A stretch of DNA of 64,000 bases from an uncultured bacterium (GTDB lineage: Bacteria > Babelota > Babeliae > Babelales > Vermiphilaceae): NCBI GenBank assembly GCA_963701085.1, contig OY969561.1, forward strand, positions 832,001-896,000. The letters are read 5' to 3'. Position numbers and translations under genes: made by a program. Below, one piece after another: positions 41,403-51,690 of this stretch. The notes below the pieces were generated by a model. That model made no database searches and was not told where the DNA came from. It was given only the letters and a program-made list of their open reading frames with translations. How positions within the stretch are numbered: position 1 is the stretch's first letter; each line of letters starts with the position of its first letter.

Positions 41403-41807
41403 TCATCCATTGAGTGTTAGTTGGGCAGACTGCTCAACAACAACAAATGCAGTTGCCAAAGTGCGCGAATGGGATAAAGAAAGATGGATAGCTAAAGAAC
41501 TGGTATCATTACCAATACCATCACGAATAATAATCTGTGGTCGTCCATGTAGTTTTGTAATAACCGTATGTGCGCACAAAGTTAAGAAAGGAATTTTTTT
41601 ATCAGGAAATGCACTAAAAAAAACTTTATACAACGCTTCTCGTGCAGCAAATCGCACCGCAAAACGCTCAGCACTTTTATTGTTACTGCTTAAACAATAG
41701 TCAATCTCTTCTTGCGAAAAAATACGCGATAATTTTTTCCTTGAATACGTGTGCCACAACGCAAATCTATCTATCTCAACCGTATCAACACCAATACCTA
41801 CAATCAT
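41403..41807 (-). CDS. acpS: Holo-ACP synthase
   Basis: GIGVDTVEI.R, RFAAREA, GRP and LSLSHS motifs. Confidence 0.93.
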   Translation of the reverse strand: MIVGIGVDTVEIDRFALWHTYSRKKLSRIFSQEEIDYCLSSNNKSAERFAVRFAAREALYKVFFSAFPDKKIPFLTLCAHTVITKLHGRPQIIIRDGIGNDTSSLAIHLSLSHSRTLATAFVVVEQSAQLTLNG

Positions 41808-43345
41808 TGCGTCTCTTTTTCAAGGTACTGATCAAGCGAACGATACATAATAGCTTCTTGAATATGCACAACATCAATTTCTTCACTTGATGCCAAATCT
41901 GCAATAGTACGTGCTACTTTTAAAATTTTATGATAACCACGCATACTTAAATTAAGCTTATCAAATGCTTTTCTGATAATAGATTCTGCTGCAGGAGTGA
42001 GTACACAATATTTTTCAACCTGATCCGCCGCCATAAAATTATTATAGGTCTGTGTATCGCCAAATCTTTTTTCTTGCGTTACACGAGCTATCGCAACTTT
42101 TTCATATAAAATAGCACTACTTTGAGTATCAACTCCCGTCTTAATAGAATCATATTCAATAGATTGCACATGTACCTGCAGATCAATACGATCTAACAAT
42201 GGCCCCGATAACTTGCTGATATATTTAACAATCTGTTGACGCGAGCATCTACATTGACGTTTTTTATCACCAAAAAAACCACAAGGACACGGATTAAGCG
42301 CCGCAACAAGCAAAAATGATGCGGGAAATGAAACACTTTGTGCAACACGTGATATTGAAACTGTTTTACTTTCTAATGGCTGGCGCAAAGCTTCCAGCGT
42401 ATCACGTTTAAATTCAGTCAGCTCATCTAAAAATAAAATACCGTGGTGGGCAAGACTAATTTCACCAGGTTGCGGATAAGAACCTCCACCAACAAGACCT
42501 GCTTGAGAAATAGTATGATGAGGGCTGCGAAATGCGCGTTGTGTAAGAAGTGATTGATTAGTTAATTTACCCGTAATTGAATAAATTTTACTCGTCTCTA
42601 AAAGTTCATTAAATGTCATCGGTGGCATAATAGTTTGCAAACGTTTGGCAAGCATGGTCTTACCAGAACCAGGCGAACCAATAAAAAGAATATTGTGCCG
42701 CCCTGCTGCTGCAATTTGCAACGCCCTTTTTGCCATTTGTTGGCCCTTAACCTGAGAAAAATCAAGAGATGTATCTTTTTGTGCCGCAAGATACTCATCA
42801 AACATATGTTGAGCTGGTGCAATATCAGCCTCACGACGCAAATAAGCAATCAGTTCAGTCAGATGGTCTACGCCAATAACTTCTAAATCTTTAATTAATG
42901 CAGCTTCTTGCATATTTGCTTTGGGAACAATAATGCGACGTTTGCCCAACTTTTGTGCATCATACGCAATTGCCAATGCACCTTTAATAAAGCGAATGCT
43001 CCCATCAAGTGAAAGCTCTCCCAAAAACAACGTCTCTTGCAAAAATGCTTGTGGAACTTCTAATGATTGATTCGCCAACAAAATACCAATTGCGATCGGT
43101 AAATCAAACAACGTTCCCTCTTTTTTTAAATCTGCAGGAGCCAAATTGACCGTGATGCGTTTTGCAGGAAGCCGGAATCCAGCATTTTTAAGAGATGTTA
43201 AAATACGTTTGCTACTTTCTTTAATAGCAGTATCAGGTAATCCAACAATATAAAAGTTAACTAACCCAAATGAGATATCAACTTCTACTTCCACCAAATG
43301 AGCATCAACACCTATTGTTGTTGCAGAAAATATTTTTGAATGCAT
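41804..43345 (-). CDS. comM: YifB/ComM family Mg-chelatase-like AAA ATPase
   Basis: VGLPD, NLAPADL.K.G..FDL, GSPGSGKT, PGEISLAH.GILFLDE and NPCPCG motifs. Confidence 0.9.
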   Translation of the reverse strand: MHSKIFSATTIGVDAHLVEVEVDISFGLVNFYIVGLPDTAIKESSKRILTSLKNAGFRLPAKRITVNLAPADLKKEGTLFDLPIAIGILLANQSLEVPQAFLQETLFLGELSLDGSIRFIKGALAIAYDAQKLGKRRIIVPKANMQEAALIKDLEVIGVDHLTELIAYLRREADIAPAQHMFDEYLAAQKDTSLDFSQVKGQQMAKRALQIAAAGRHNILFIGSPGSGKTMLAKRLQTIMPPMTFNELLETSKIYSITGKLTNQSLLTQRAFRSPHHTISQAGLVGGGSYPQPGEISLAHHGILFLDELTEFKRDTLEALRQPLESKTVSISRVAQSVSFPASFLLVAALNPCPCGFFGDKKRQCRCSRQQIVKYISKLSGPLLDRIDLQVHVQSIEYDSIKTGVDTQSSAILYEKVAIARVTQEKRFGDTQTYNNFMAADQVEKYCVLTPAAESIIRKAFDKLNLSMRGYHKILKVARTIADLASSEEIDVVHIQEAIMYRSLDQYLEKETQ

Positions 43346-43555
43346 TCTATAATTTCTTACGTGTAATAATTTAATAATTTAAAAAAACTTATTAATTAAA
43401 ATATATATCATAAATCTTGATGGTTGGAAATAAATATTATAACAATTAAGACCAATAATAAAATGAGCCTCATTAATTGAGGTGGTAGTTTTCAAAAAAA
43501 ATCGTAAACTATAGCTATGATATGAGCCACTATGCAAGCAAAATAGAGAAAGTAC

Positions 43556-46366
43556 ATGAATAAAAAAATAACTATTTCACTGATCGCAATTTTATTATCT
43601 TTGCATCTTAACAGTGCCGTACTAATACGCGGCGATAAAGATGCCCCAGAAGGACAAACATTCTCATTCAATGTAAACAAAAATATCTTCAGCTCTTCAG
43701 GCAACTTCTACGAAGGCTCAAATCAAATACTCACCGATGAGAATGCACAACCATTTGCCCTATCTCGCCTACTTCGCGGAGCTATCGGATTTATGCCTAT
43801 AACTCCTGCAACAGTAACCTTAAACGGGCAAGCAGATATAGCAAACCCTCTTCTTGGACAACAAATTATTGCACTCGGCATGCTGGAAACAGAAGATGGT
43901 TTTACCATGCGCGATATGCCCATTGTTGTTGGTGCACAGAGGCCAGCTACCGTGTATCTTTTTGAAAACATTTCACAATCCTTTCCAACTACGGTAGTAA
44001 TGGCTGCTTCACAAGATGTGCATGATGCAAATGGCGCTGTTTCACCGGGCATTGTTGATCTTACAACAAATATCACCAGTCACGTATTTGCCGCAGCCAA
44101 ACCCAATGGTGGAGAATTTGGGGATCTTAACAGCAGCATTGCAATGCTCATACGAGGCATAGTGGAAAACCCAATTGATAAATCAAAAAACCAAATTTTT
44201 AGTGAAATTCAAGCTCTACGCCTTGATCCAACATCACCAGCACTTTTTATTAATAACAATCTTGCACGCATTATACAAAATCAGGTTGCTATGCATTGGG
44301 ACCCTTTCTTAGAACGTCTCTATATTGGTTTGTCAGTTGTGGCCAACAGCGGCGCCACTGATGGTGCACGCTCTATTGCAGTTGTTAAATTTATAGAAAA
44401 TGGCGCAATCACTCTCGAAACCATTGCACCTGATACCGCGTTTACTCCAGGAAATATCGAAAGTATTATTGGTGTTATTGGTGCCAACCAACAACTCTCT
44501 GTTAACGCACTTTCCACCATGTACACGAGCACCGCACTCAACTATCTCATTATTGTTGGTGGAAATGGTAACCTTGCAGCTCACAACAATTCTGTATTCG
44601 CACTACCACTCGTCAATAGCGGTGATGCACTTGGAATGATTGCACAAAAAAATGCACAGCCGGTTAACGTTTTTAAAGATGCAAATGTTCCCCGCTTAAT
44701 TGCACGCACTATCAGTGAACCTGCAACAACCCCTGCTGACATGACACAAGCAACGGACATCGCTGCACAAGTTGGCGGTGGGCCGTTAACCGCAGGACCT
44801 ATTGTAAATATTATTGTACGCGATGATACGGTATTCGCTTTTGTTGGTACAGAAACTCCTGGTGTGTATTCTTCCCAAGCAATTTTCAATGCTGCCGGCA
44901 AAATAACCTCCTGGACCAATTGGCAACGGGCAGCAGGAACAACAGAACAAATTTTTGGTGCTGCGCTCAACGCATTTGATGGTAATTTTATTTTAGCTTC
45001 AGGAACGGATGCAGATTCTGTTAACACCATACAACGAACATTATGGTCTGATGGTTCACCAGAAAGCTTGCAACCTCTCACCGCCATTTTAGACGCAACA
45101 TTTGCACAAAATAACGGTGGCATTCAAGGATTAGAAACATTCTTACCAAACACGCCCGGACTACACAACATTGCGCTCCTCATTGCAGGAGGAATCGGTA
45201 ACATTGTATTGGCACAAACAGGACTGCTCAATAATAACGGCATTATTATCCCAACAGCCGGAGCTGATTTTAACAACATGATAGAATTTGATAATGGTGC
45301 TATCACGAGCGATGTTACTGCAAAAACTGTCATCATTTCTGGTGGCGCACTGGATAATGTTGGCCCAATCACTGCGATTGAAATTGCACGCAACGCAACT
45401 AACGGTTGGCTTTTTGTTGGTGGATCAAATGGACTTGCAATTCTTGCGCAACCAGATGGCACAGGCTGGGATACCACAACACAACTTGGTGATAATTTAA
45501 CGGGATTACAAAGTGGAATGAATTTCAAAAGTATTGGTAATTATAGTTTTGTAAAAAAACTTATCAGTGATAGTAATTTTTTATACGTCATCAACCATAC
45601 CACTATTGATCGTATTAACCTCACCACATCTGATTTTGGCACTAATACCCTTGATGTGACCACCATTCATTCCCCAATTTCCACACCGTTCCAATTGGGG
45701 TCCCCATTGAAGAGTAATGGAAATGGGGTTCATTTTCTTGACGGCATATTTTCACAAGCATGCGGCATTATCGCAACAACAGATGGATTATTACGCATCG
45801 GTGATGGTAAAGATGTACGCACCGTCATGAATGAAACAGATGCACAATGGACACCGATTGCAATTGGTGAAAATGCAGGCGCTCCAACCGCACTGTATAC
45901 GGTAACAAAAACTAATATCGAGCAGGATATTACAAGAAACAGCGGTGGTCATTTTTATGTGCTTACTGCCGATGTTGGTCTTAATCAATCACGCATTAAC
46001 AGATTTGCGGTACAACCGCTTGGCGCAACTGACACAATGGCTTCTACAACAGTGCAACCGTTTGACGATCTCTTTGTAAAAAATATTCCTTCATTTTTAC
46101 TTTCATTCGGGGAGTTTAGAAGTAATTTTGCAACGGATGGTGCACTTTATTTTGCAACACGCAACCAAAATGTCAGACGTGCACCAATTGCTTTAGTTAC
46201 GCCATCATTCCCCGTGCCACGTGTTGGGATTTCTGGCGTTGGCGATCGCAGCTCATTAGTAAATATAAACTTCCAACAGGGAACAGAGATAAATTATTTT
46301 TCACGCAGCCAAGCCTCAGGAAGCTGGATTGCCGCAGGAAATTTTAATACGCAAGTGCTTGAATAA
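43556..46366 (+). CDS. Large secreted beta-rich (propeller-like) hypothetical protein
   Basis: 936-aa ORF with signal peptide; contains a 20-codon repeat-derived insert. Confidence 0.8.
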   Translation: MNKKITISLIAILLSLHLNSAVLIRGDKDAPEGQTFSFNVNKNIFSSSGNFYEGSNQILTDENAQPFALSRLLRGAIGFMPITPATVTLNGQADIANPLLGQQIIALGMLETEDGFTMRDMPIVVGAQRPATVYLFENISQSFPTTVVMAASQDVHDANGAVSPGIVDLTTNITSHVFAAAKPNGGEFGDLNSSIAMLIRGIVENPIDKSKNQIFSEIQALRLDPTSPALFINNNLARIIQNQVAMHWDPFLERLYIGLSVVANSGATDGARSIAVVKFIENGAITLETIAPDTAFTPGNIESIIGVIGANQQLSVNALSTMYTSTALNYLIIVGGNGNLAAHNNSVFALPLVNSGDALGMIAQKNAQPVNVFKDANVPRLIARTISEPATTPADMTQATDIAAQVGGGPLTAGPIVNIIVRDDTVFAFVGTETPGVYSSQAIFNAAGKITSWTNWQRAAGTTEQIFGAALNAFDGNFILASGTDADSVNTIQRTLWSDGSPESLQPLTAILDATFAQNNGGIQGLETFLPNTPGLHNIALLIAGGIGNIVLAQTGLLNNNGIIIPTAGADFNNMIEFDNGAITSDVTAKTVIISGGALDNVGPITAIEIARNATNGWLFVGGSNGLAILAQPDGTGWDTTTQLGDNLTGLQSGMNFKSIGNYSFVKKLISDSNFLYVINHTTIDRINLTTSDFGTNTLDVTTIHSPISTPFQLGSPLKSNGNGVHFLDGIFSQACGIIATTDGLLRIGDGKDVRTVMNETDAQWTPIAIGENAGAPTALYTVTKTNIEQDITRNSGGHFYVLTADVGLNQSRINRFAVQPLGATDTMASTTVQPFDDLFVKNIPSFLLSFGEFRSNFATDGALYFATRNQNVRRAPIALVTPSFPVPRVGISGVGDRSSLVNINFQQGTEINYFSRSQASGSWIAAGNFNTQVLE
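45671..45730 (-). repeat. Family C repeat inserted in-frame in a CDS
   Basis: Matches the reverse complement of 33480-33538; encodes SPISTPFQLGSPLKSNGNGV. Confidence 0.85.
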
Positions 46367-46426
46367 ATATGATTAAACTTATTTATAACATAAATCACTA
46401 TAGTTACCCGCTTGAAGTATTCTCTT

Positions 46427-46504
46427 CCGCGCTCGTCCTGAACTTGTTGAAGGATATCCTCGAGCGCTCGAAGAAATCCTTCAACAAGTTCAGGACGAGC
46501 GCGG
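46427..46504. repeat. Family A doublet with central ctcgagcgctcga palindrome
   Basis: ccgcgctcgtcctgaacttgttgaaggat...atccttcaacaagttcaggacgagcgcgg, perfect arms. Confidence 0.9.
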
Positions 46505-46568
46505 GAGACTATACAGACAAACCAAATTTGATGATTGTTGCTATAAAAACTAAACGTAGGATGCTGCA

Positions 46569-47828
46569 ATGACGTGCAGAAAAAAAGTAATACTCTCAAT
46601 CTTTATATCACTCGCTCTCACGAGCAACGCCGTTCGGGCAATGAACATTGTTAATACATTGTGGCCGTATGATACTCTCATTCGTCCAACATTTAATAAT
46701 CAACGCGCGTGGCAATTAGCATTCTACACTGAAGGTGGATACCATAATGCCAGAGGATTTGATGATGAAGGTGATAATGTTAATCCACTACAAATTTGGA
46801 ACAGACAACAAAATGCACTTGCAATGTTAGAAGGGTTCCCTGAAGAGAGTCCCATTTCCCAATTGCGCGCAGAACTACTGGATTGTGATGATGGTATTCG
46901 CGGAAGATTTAATGTCTGTGGTGATGTGCAGATGAATTTTAACAGCTCATTTGCTGCTCGCTTCTTTTTTGCCAATGATTGGTCGGTAGGGTTATATCTC
47001 CCTGTTTATCAAATGAAACTGAAAGATGTTCATTTTCAGGATCTTACACCCAACGTTGATAATCTCGATAAACTTGTCCACCGTTTACTCACTGATAACT
47101 TAGCAGAAAATGTACAACAACTTGGCTGTCTTGATATTGGCCCCTGGAAACGGGATGGCGTTGGTGATCTTCTTTTGCTTGTTGACTGGTTTCGCGATTT
47201 TTATCAAAACAAACCATTTCTGAAATGTGTACGCACAAACTGGCGTGTTGGTTTAGGGTTCCCTACCGGATTACATGAAAATCCAAATCTTATTTTCGCT
47301 GTTCCATTTGGCTACGACGGTGCATTCTTCATGCCATTTGGCCTTGGCATTGATCTTACCCTGGGCACAAATTTTAAATGCGGCATTGATGTGCAATTAA
47401 CCCAAATTTTTGGCCATACACGATCACGCCGAATTAAAACAGACCTACAGCAAACAGAATTGCTGTTGCTGCAAAAAGCTACAACATTCGAAGACTATGG
47501 GCTGGTACAACGCTTTAATCTCTATGCTGAACTGTATAATTTCTTTAAGGGGTTATCATTTGTTGCTGGTTACCAATTCCTCAAACAAGGTGAAGGAGAA
47601 ATTTCATTAAAAACACAAGAATTCTCAAGCAACATTGCTAACACATCTCCACGCCTTGAACCTTTCACCATGCATCATGCGATTACCAAGTTCACCTATG
47701 ATTTTGGTGTTCACAATCCTGCCGGCCGCACGCGCCCTGAATTGAGTGTATACGCACGCTTACCATTTAACGGCAGAAATGTTGCACTTGTTCCTATGAT
47801 CGGCTTTGTCGCTTCTATTGATTTCTAA
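46569..47828 (+). CDS. Secreted protein, probable outer-membrane beta-barrel
   Basis: Signal ending VRA-MN; amphipathic strands; terminal Phe (ASIDF). Confidence 0.65.
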   Translation: MTCRKKVILSIFISLALTSNAVRAMNIVNTLWPYDTLIRPTFNNQRAWQLAFYTEGGYHNARGFDDEGDNVNPLQIWNRQQNALAMLEGFPEESPISQLRAELLDCDDGIRGRFNVCGDVQMNFNSSFAARFFFANDWSVGLYLPVYQMKLKDVHFQDLTPNVDNLDKLVHRLLTDNLAENVQQLGCLDIGPWKRDGVGDLLLLVDWFRDFYQNKPFLKCVRTNWRVGLGFPTGLHENPNLIFAVPFGYDGAFFMPFGLGIDLTLGTNFKCGIDVQLTQIFGHTRSRRIKTDLQQTELLLLQKATTFEDYGLVQRFNLYAELYNFFKGLSFVAGYQFLKQGEGEISLKTQEFSSNIANTSPRLEPFTMHHAITKFTYDFGVHNPAGRTRPELSVYARLPFNGRNVALVPMIGFVASIDF

Positions 47829-47833
47829 AACAC

Positions 47834-47872
47834 AAAAAAAGGGGCCTTGGAATTTTTACACTCCAAGGCCCC
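47834..47872. terminator. Terminator-like hairpin between convergent genes
   Basis: ggggccttgga...tccaaggcccc preceded by an A-run. Confidence 0.7.
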
Positions 47873-47900
47873 TCATAATTAAAAATCAATTTTTTACAAA

Positions 47901-48326
47901 CTACTTATTGTCACGAGCTATTGTTAGTTCTTTCCTAAGATCCATCACTGACATATCACCTTTTCCTGCGTGCTCAGCCCTAGAAAGAACAAAATCAGAT
48001 GCCATAACAAACATTACTGTATCCCTGCAATCATTACATTGGTGATGTTTGTTGTATTTCTTAACTGCATATTCGAGCTGTAATCCCACAATATGATTAA
48101 ATTCTGAAACTGAAAGATCACGACTATTATCTCGCAAATCATTCATTCTCAATTCATGATTACCATCAGCGTTATCGCAATTGGTTATAACATCATAAAG
48201 GCTCTTTTCCGCTTTATGCATAGCGTCCACATCTTTTTGTATGAGCTGTTGAAAATTTATGGTTATTGCATTAACCGAAATAACCATTGTCGCCATCAAT
48301 AAAAATAACATTTTTGTATTTTTCAT
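47901..48326 (-). CDS. Hypothetical secreted protein
   Basis: ggag SD; signal ending VNA. Confidence 0.7.
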   Translation of the reverse strand: MKNTKMLFLLMATMVISVNAITINFQQLIQKDVDAMHKAEKSLYDVITNCDNADGNHELRMNDLRDNSRDLSVSEFNHIVGLQLEYAVKKYNKHHQCNDCRDTVMFVMASDFVLSRAEHAGKGDMSVMDLRKELTIARDNK

Positions 48327-48451
48327 AAGAAACTCCCTCTATTGTTAAAAAAACAACTTCTCTGTGTTCTATTATAAGATTATCATATAGAATTAAAACC
48401 GTCAAATGGCCCCATATATCGTACTACTTTTGCTTACCAACCATTGGCACC

Positions 48452-48490
48452 AAAAAAAAGGGCTTGGAAGCATACATCTTCCAAGCCCTT
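48452..48490 (-). terminator. Intrinsic terminator-like hairpin
   Basis: aagggcttggaag...cttccaagccctt with an A-run. Confidence 0.7.
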
Positions 48491-48500
48491 CTCAATTACA

Positions 48501-48980
48501 TTATTTTACTTTTTTTATACCTGCTGTATATTGGTTTGGATGCTTTAGCCCGGCTTTTTGTGCAAGATCCATCAAATCACGACTGCTTTTTAGTGCCATT
48601 GTGTTCAAAAAATTAACTTCTTGTTGCTTAAGATACACTGCCAACAATCCACATACAGGATTACCTGATCTGATATAACTTGCTTTTGCTTCTTCTTTTG
48701 CAGTTTTACCACTCCTATTTTCTATCAATGGATTTGGTAACCAGTTTTTATTATTGTGCTTAAACTGTTCCATTTTTTGATTAACCTCAGACCAATCTTC
48801 AAACGTTTTACACTCAATAGCCAGCTTATGCCAAAATGTATTGTTGTATTCATCTTGTTTGTTATGCGCAAATTCCAATCCAAATTTTCTAATATCCACG
48901 ATAACTTCTTTGTTATCCATAGCAACAATCACCGGGCTATACATCATCGCTGCAATCATTAACATTTTTGCATTAATCAT
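48501..48980 (-). CDS. Hypothetical secreted protein with a possible degenerate ankyrin-like segment
   Basis: aggag SD; signal ending IVA-MD; DEYNNTFWH.LA and N.SGKTA resemble ankyrin boundaries. Confidence 0.6.
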   Translation of the reverse strand: MINAKMLMIAAMMYSPVIVAMDNKEVIVDIRKFGLEFAHNKQDEYNNTFWHKLAIECKTFEDWSEVNQKMEQFKHNNKNWLPNPLIENRSGKTAKEEAKASYIRSGNPVCGLLAVYLKQQEVNFLNTMALKSSRDLMDLAQKAGLKHPNQYTAGIKKVK

Positions 48981-49096
48981 CAACATCTCCTGTATATAAA
49001 CTAAAAATTTAAAAATTCTCGACATTTCAAAACACCGTTTATTACACTGCCTATACATGTCATTATAATACTATTTTTTTTAGAAGAGGAATTTCT

Positions 49097-50203
49097 ATGA
49101 ATAAAAGAACTCAGACAAACTATTTTTTAACTGTTTTATGCTTATTAGTACCAGCATATGCGCATGCAAGTAAAGACAACACCGTTATTGCAACCATCAA
49201 TACAGGAGTTAACCCAGCGGGCATTGCAATTACTCGTAATAATCATTACGCATATGTTGCAAACAACAATAATTATGGAGTTAATGATCAAGACTCAGTC
49301 AGTGTACTCAATCTTAAACATAACAATGTTGAGAGTATCATATTCGATTCCAGTTTTAACGAACCATACACCATCACTATTAACCACAAAGGCACAAAAG
49401 CCTATGTTACCAATAGCAACAGCACAACAATCACCATTATCTATCTTGCAACGAACCAAGTTATAGGCGTTATTAATGGCTTTGATGGCCCATCTGGCAT
49501 GGTGATAACTTCGGATGATAATTTTGCATATGTAAACAACTATGGTGGCCCTGAAGGCGTTGGTAGTGGTAATGCACGCACCGTCAGTTTTGTTGATTTG
49601 AATAACAACATCATTATTGGAGCACCAATTACCGTAGGACTTGCTCCTGCTGCATTAGCAATATCACGTGATGGTAAGTTTGTATATACGATCAATTATG
49701 TCGACGGTAATCCAGGCACAGGAACCATAAGTGTTATACGCACCAGTGATAATGTAGTAATTGATACAATAAGCGGCTTTTCTGGGCCATTTGCAATTGC
49801 ACTAACACGTGATAGCAAACATGCGTATGTAACCAATTTTGGCAGCAACAATTTTTCACCAATCGGCACAACAGTAAGCATTGTTAATTTAGAATGCAAT
49901 GAAATAGTTGATACCATTGATCTTGCAATACAACCAGCTGGTCTTGCTATAACACCAAATGGTAAATTTGCATACGTCAGTAATTATAATACGCTCTACC
50001 AAAATGGCGCGCCTAACTTTACTGGTCTAACAGCTGGTCAAGGAACGGTGAATGTTATTGATGTTAAAAAAAGAAAAGTACTCAACAACACAATACCAGT
50101 TGGTGAATCACCTGCAAATATTGCAATATCGCGTGATGGTAAATTTGCATACGTGACTAATTACACTTCAAATACGGTGAATGTTATTAAGCTTGATCAT
50201 TAA
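49097..50203 (+). CDS. YVTN/YncE beta-propeller repeat protein
   Basis: Repeated P.GIAIT.DGK.AYVTN...TVSVID units. Confidence 0.9.
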   Translation: MNKRTQTNYFLTVLCLLVPAYAHASKDNTVIATINTGVNPAGIAITRNNHYAYVANNNNYGVNDQDSVSVLNLKHNNVESIIFDSSFNEPYTITINHKGTKAYVTNSNSTTITIIYLATNQVIGVINGFDGPSGMVITSDDNFAYVNNYGGPEGVGSGNARTVSFVDLNNNIIIGAPITVGLAPAALAISRDGKFVYTINYVDGNPGTGTISVIRTSDNVVIDTISGFSGPFAIALTRDSKHAYVTNFGSNNFSPIGTTVSIVNLECNEIVDTIDLAIQPAGLAITPNGKFAYVSNYNTLYQNGAPNFTGLTAGQGTVNVIDVKKRKVLNNTIPVGESPANIAISRDGKFAYVTNYTSNTVNVIKLDH

Positions 50204-50215
50204 ATAATTTATAAC

Positions 50216-50261
50216 AAAAAAAAGAACTTGTAGCAGTAAGATGCCGCAAGTTCTTTTTTTT
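50216..50261. terminator. Bidirectional terminator-like hairpin
   Basis: A-run, gaacttg...caagttc, T-run. Confidence 0.7.
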
Positions 50262-50286
50262 GTTATTTTTGAATTTTTATAAGTTA

Positions 50287-50345
50287 GTCCAGCCGTCGCC
50301 CCTCTTTCGCCAAGGCTTCAAAGCGCAAAGCAAGACTATGGAGGA
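50287..50345. repeat. Family B-like repeat remnant
   Basis: ttcgccaaggcttc and ctatggagga motifs shared with 33577 and 12124. Confidence 0.55.
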
Positions 50346-50795
50346 TTATACTTCAAGTTCCATCGCCTGACGATATTCAATGAGATCAGCCTCAAAATCT
50401 AACGCTAAATTATCATGTTCATGAATTATCTGACCGGCTAATTTTTTTTTGCTTCATACTTTTCCTAAAAAAGTAGTGCGATTTATTGCACCATGTGTTT
50501 GTTGCACGAAATGTATTAAAAGACATTGTGCAACAAAAATGTGAAAAAACCTTTATTTTTCATAAAAAACAATTGTTGCTTTGTATCGTAATCATAATAA
50601 AAAAAGCAAACAATATCAAAAATTGAGTTTAAAAAACTATTTATTCTTTACCATTGGCATAATATATGTTATTGTTTTCTAAATTAGTTACATAACAGAA
50701 ATATTCAGGAGGCGTTCATCATGTTTTAACCACAACATGTTTTTAACCACAACGTTAGTTCTCACAATATTTAATTTTCTTTAATAAAGGTCTTT

Positions 50796-51398
50796 ATGAG
50801 AAAGATTTTAGGTTTATTATTTATTTCATTTTCTATGTTTTCGATGCAATTAGATCTCGTAAGTTCTAAAAGCAAAGTAAATAGATTCCAAGAAAAGTTA
50901 TCTAAACAGATAGATAGCGTAGATAAAGTACACATTAAACCAGCATCGATTGTTGTTCCAAACCGTTTGGGATCGGTCGAACTTTATCATAGTAAAAAAG
51001 GCTTTTATGTTCGCCAGGATGATAAAAAATACGCTATTAAAAAGTATTTTACTGATCCAATGTTACAGAACATAACAAAAACACAACTTAAAGCCTTTCT
51101 AGCAAATGGATATCTTACTATCAATCAAATGGAAGATGGTGAGTATTCACTTAAAGCTAAAGGACGTATGGTTGGTGGAGGAGCAATTGGAGCAGCAATT
51201 GGAGCTTGCGTCGGCAAAGTAGCTGTTTCTTTAGTAGGTCATGGAGCTATTCAGATAATTGCACTATGTACAGGACCAGCTTACATTCCAACGGTTATTG
51301 CTTTAGAAACATTTTTCGGCGTACAAATTGAAGCAGCCACTATGGCAGGAGCTGTTGCAGGAGGTATAGCGCTTGGTGTTGCAACAGGACCTGTATGA
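50796..51398 (+). CDS. Secreted protein: conserved domain, RMVGG, then Gly/Ala-rich hydrophobic tail (copy 1, intact)
   Basis: Signal ending MFS-MQ; N-terminal ~128 aa highly similar to copies 2 and 3. Confidence 0.85.
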   Translation: MRKILGLLFISFSMFSMQLDLVSSKSKVNRFQEKLSKQIDSVDKVHIKPASIVVPNRLGSVELYHSKKGFYVRQDDKKYAIKKYFTDPMLQNITKTQLKAFLANGYLTINQMEDGEYSLKAKGRMVGGGAIGAAIGACVGKVAVSLVGHGAIQIIALCTGPAYIPTVIALETFFGVQIEAATMAGAVAGGIALGVATGPV

Positions 51399-51526
51399 TC
51401 TATTGGTATGAACAAGTACTTTATGGATTAATAACATTTTTATTGATTCATATATTTAAGTTCTATGTTCTAGGAAATGAAGACATTGGCCTAATTATAA
51501 TTAAGTATTTTAGGAACAAAAAATGA
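51395..51526 (+). CDS. Tiny single-TM protein, 43 aa
   Basis: Manual translation MIYWYEQVLYGLITFLLIHIFKFYVLGNEDIGLIIIKYFRNKK; ATGA overlap with copy 1 stop. Confidence 0.55.
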   Translation: MIYWYEQVLYGLITFLLIHIFKFYVLGNEDIGLIIIKYFRNKK

Positions 51527-51666
51527 CTCAAAATGAACATACTTTTGTAGCAGGAATTATTGTTTTCATTTCATATCAAGCAATATTTCATATGGTGTTA
51601 AAACATCATCCTGTTACTAAGAAAAACATGGAAGAATTATTAGAGATTATTAAAGAATATTTTTAA
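51523..51666 (+). CDS. Tiny single-TM protein, 47 aa
   Basis: MTQNEHTFVAGIIVFISYQAIFHMVLKHHPVTKKNMEELLEIIKEYF; ATGA overlap with the preceding ORF. Confidence 0.55.
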   Translation: MTQNEHTFVAGIIVFISYQAIFHMVLKHHPVTKKNMEELLEIIKEYF

Positions 51667-51690
51667 AAACAAACTAAGTTAGGAATCTCT

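Noticed and set aside
46369-46572. 67-aa ORF between two secreted genes
   Set aside because: Much of it is translation of the family A palindrome; the same applies to 3942-4127, 4995-5348 and 46294-46599
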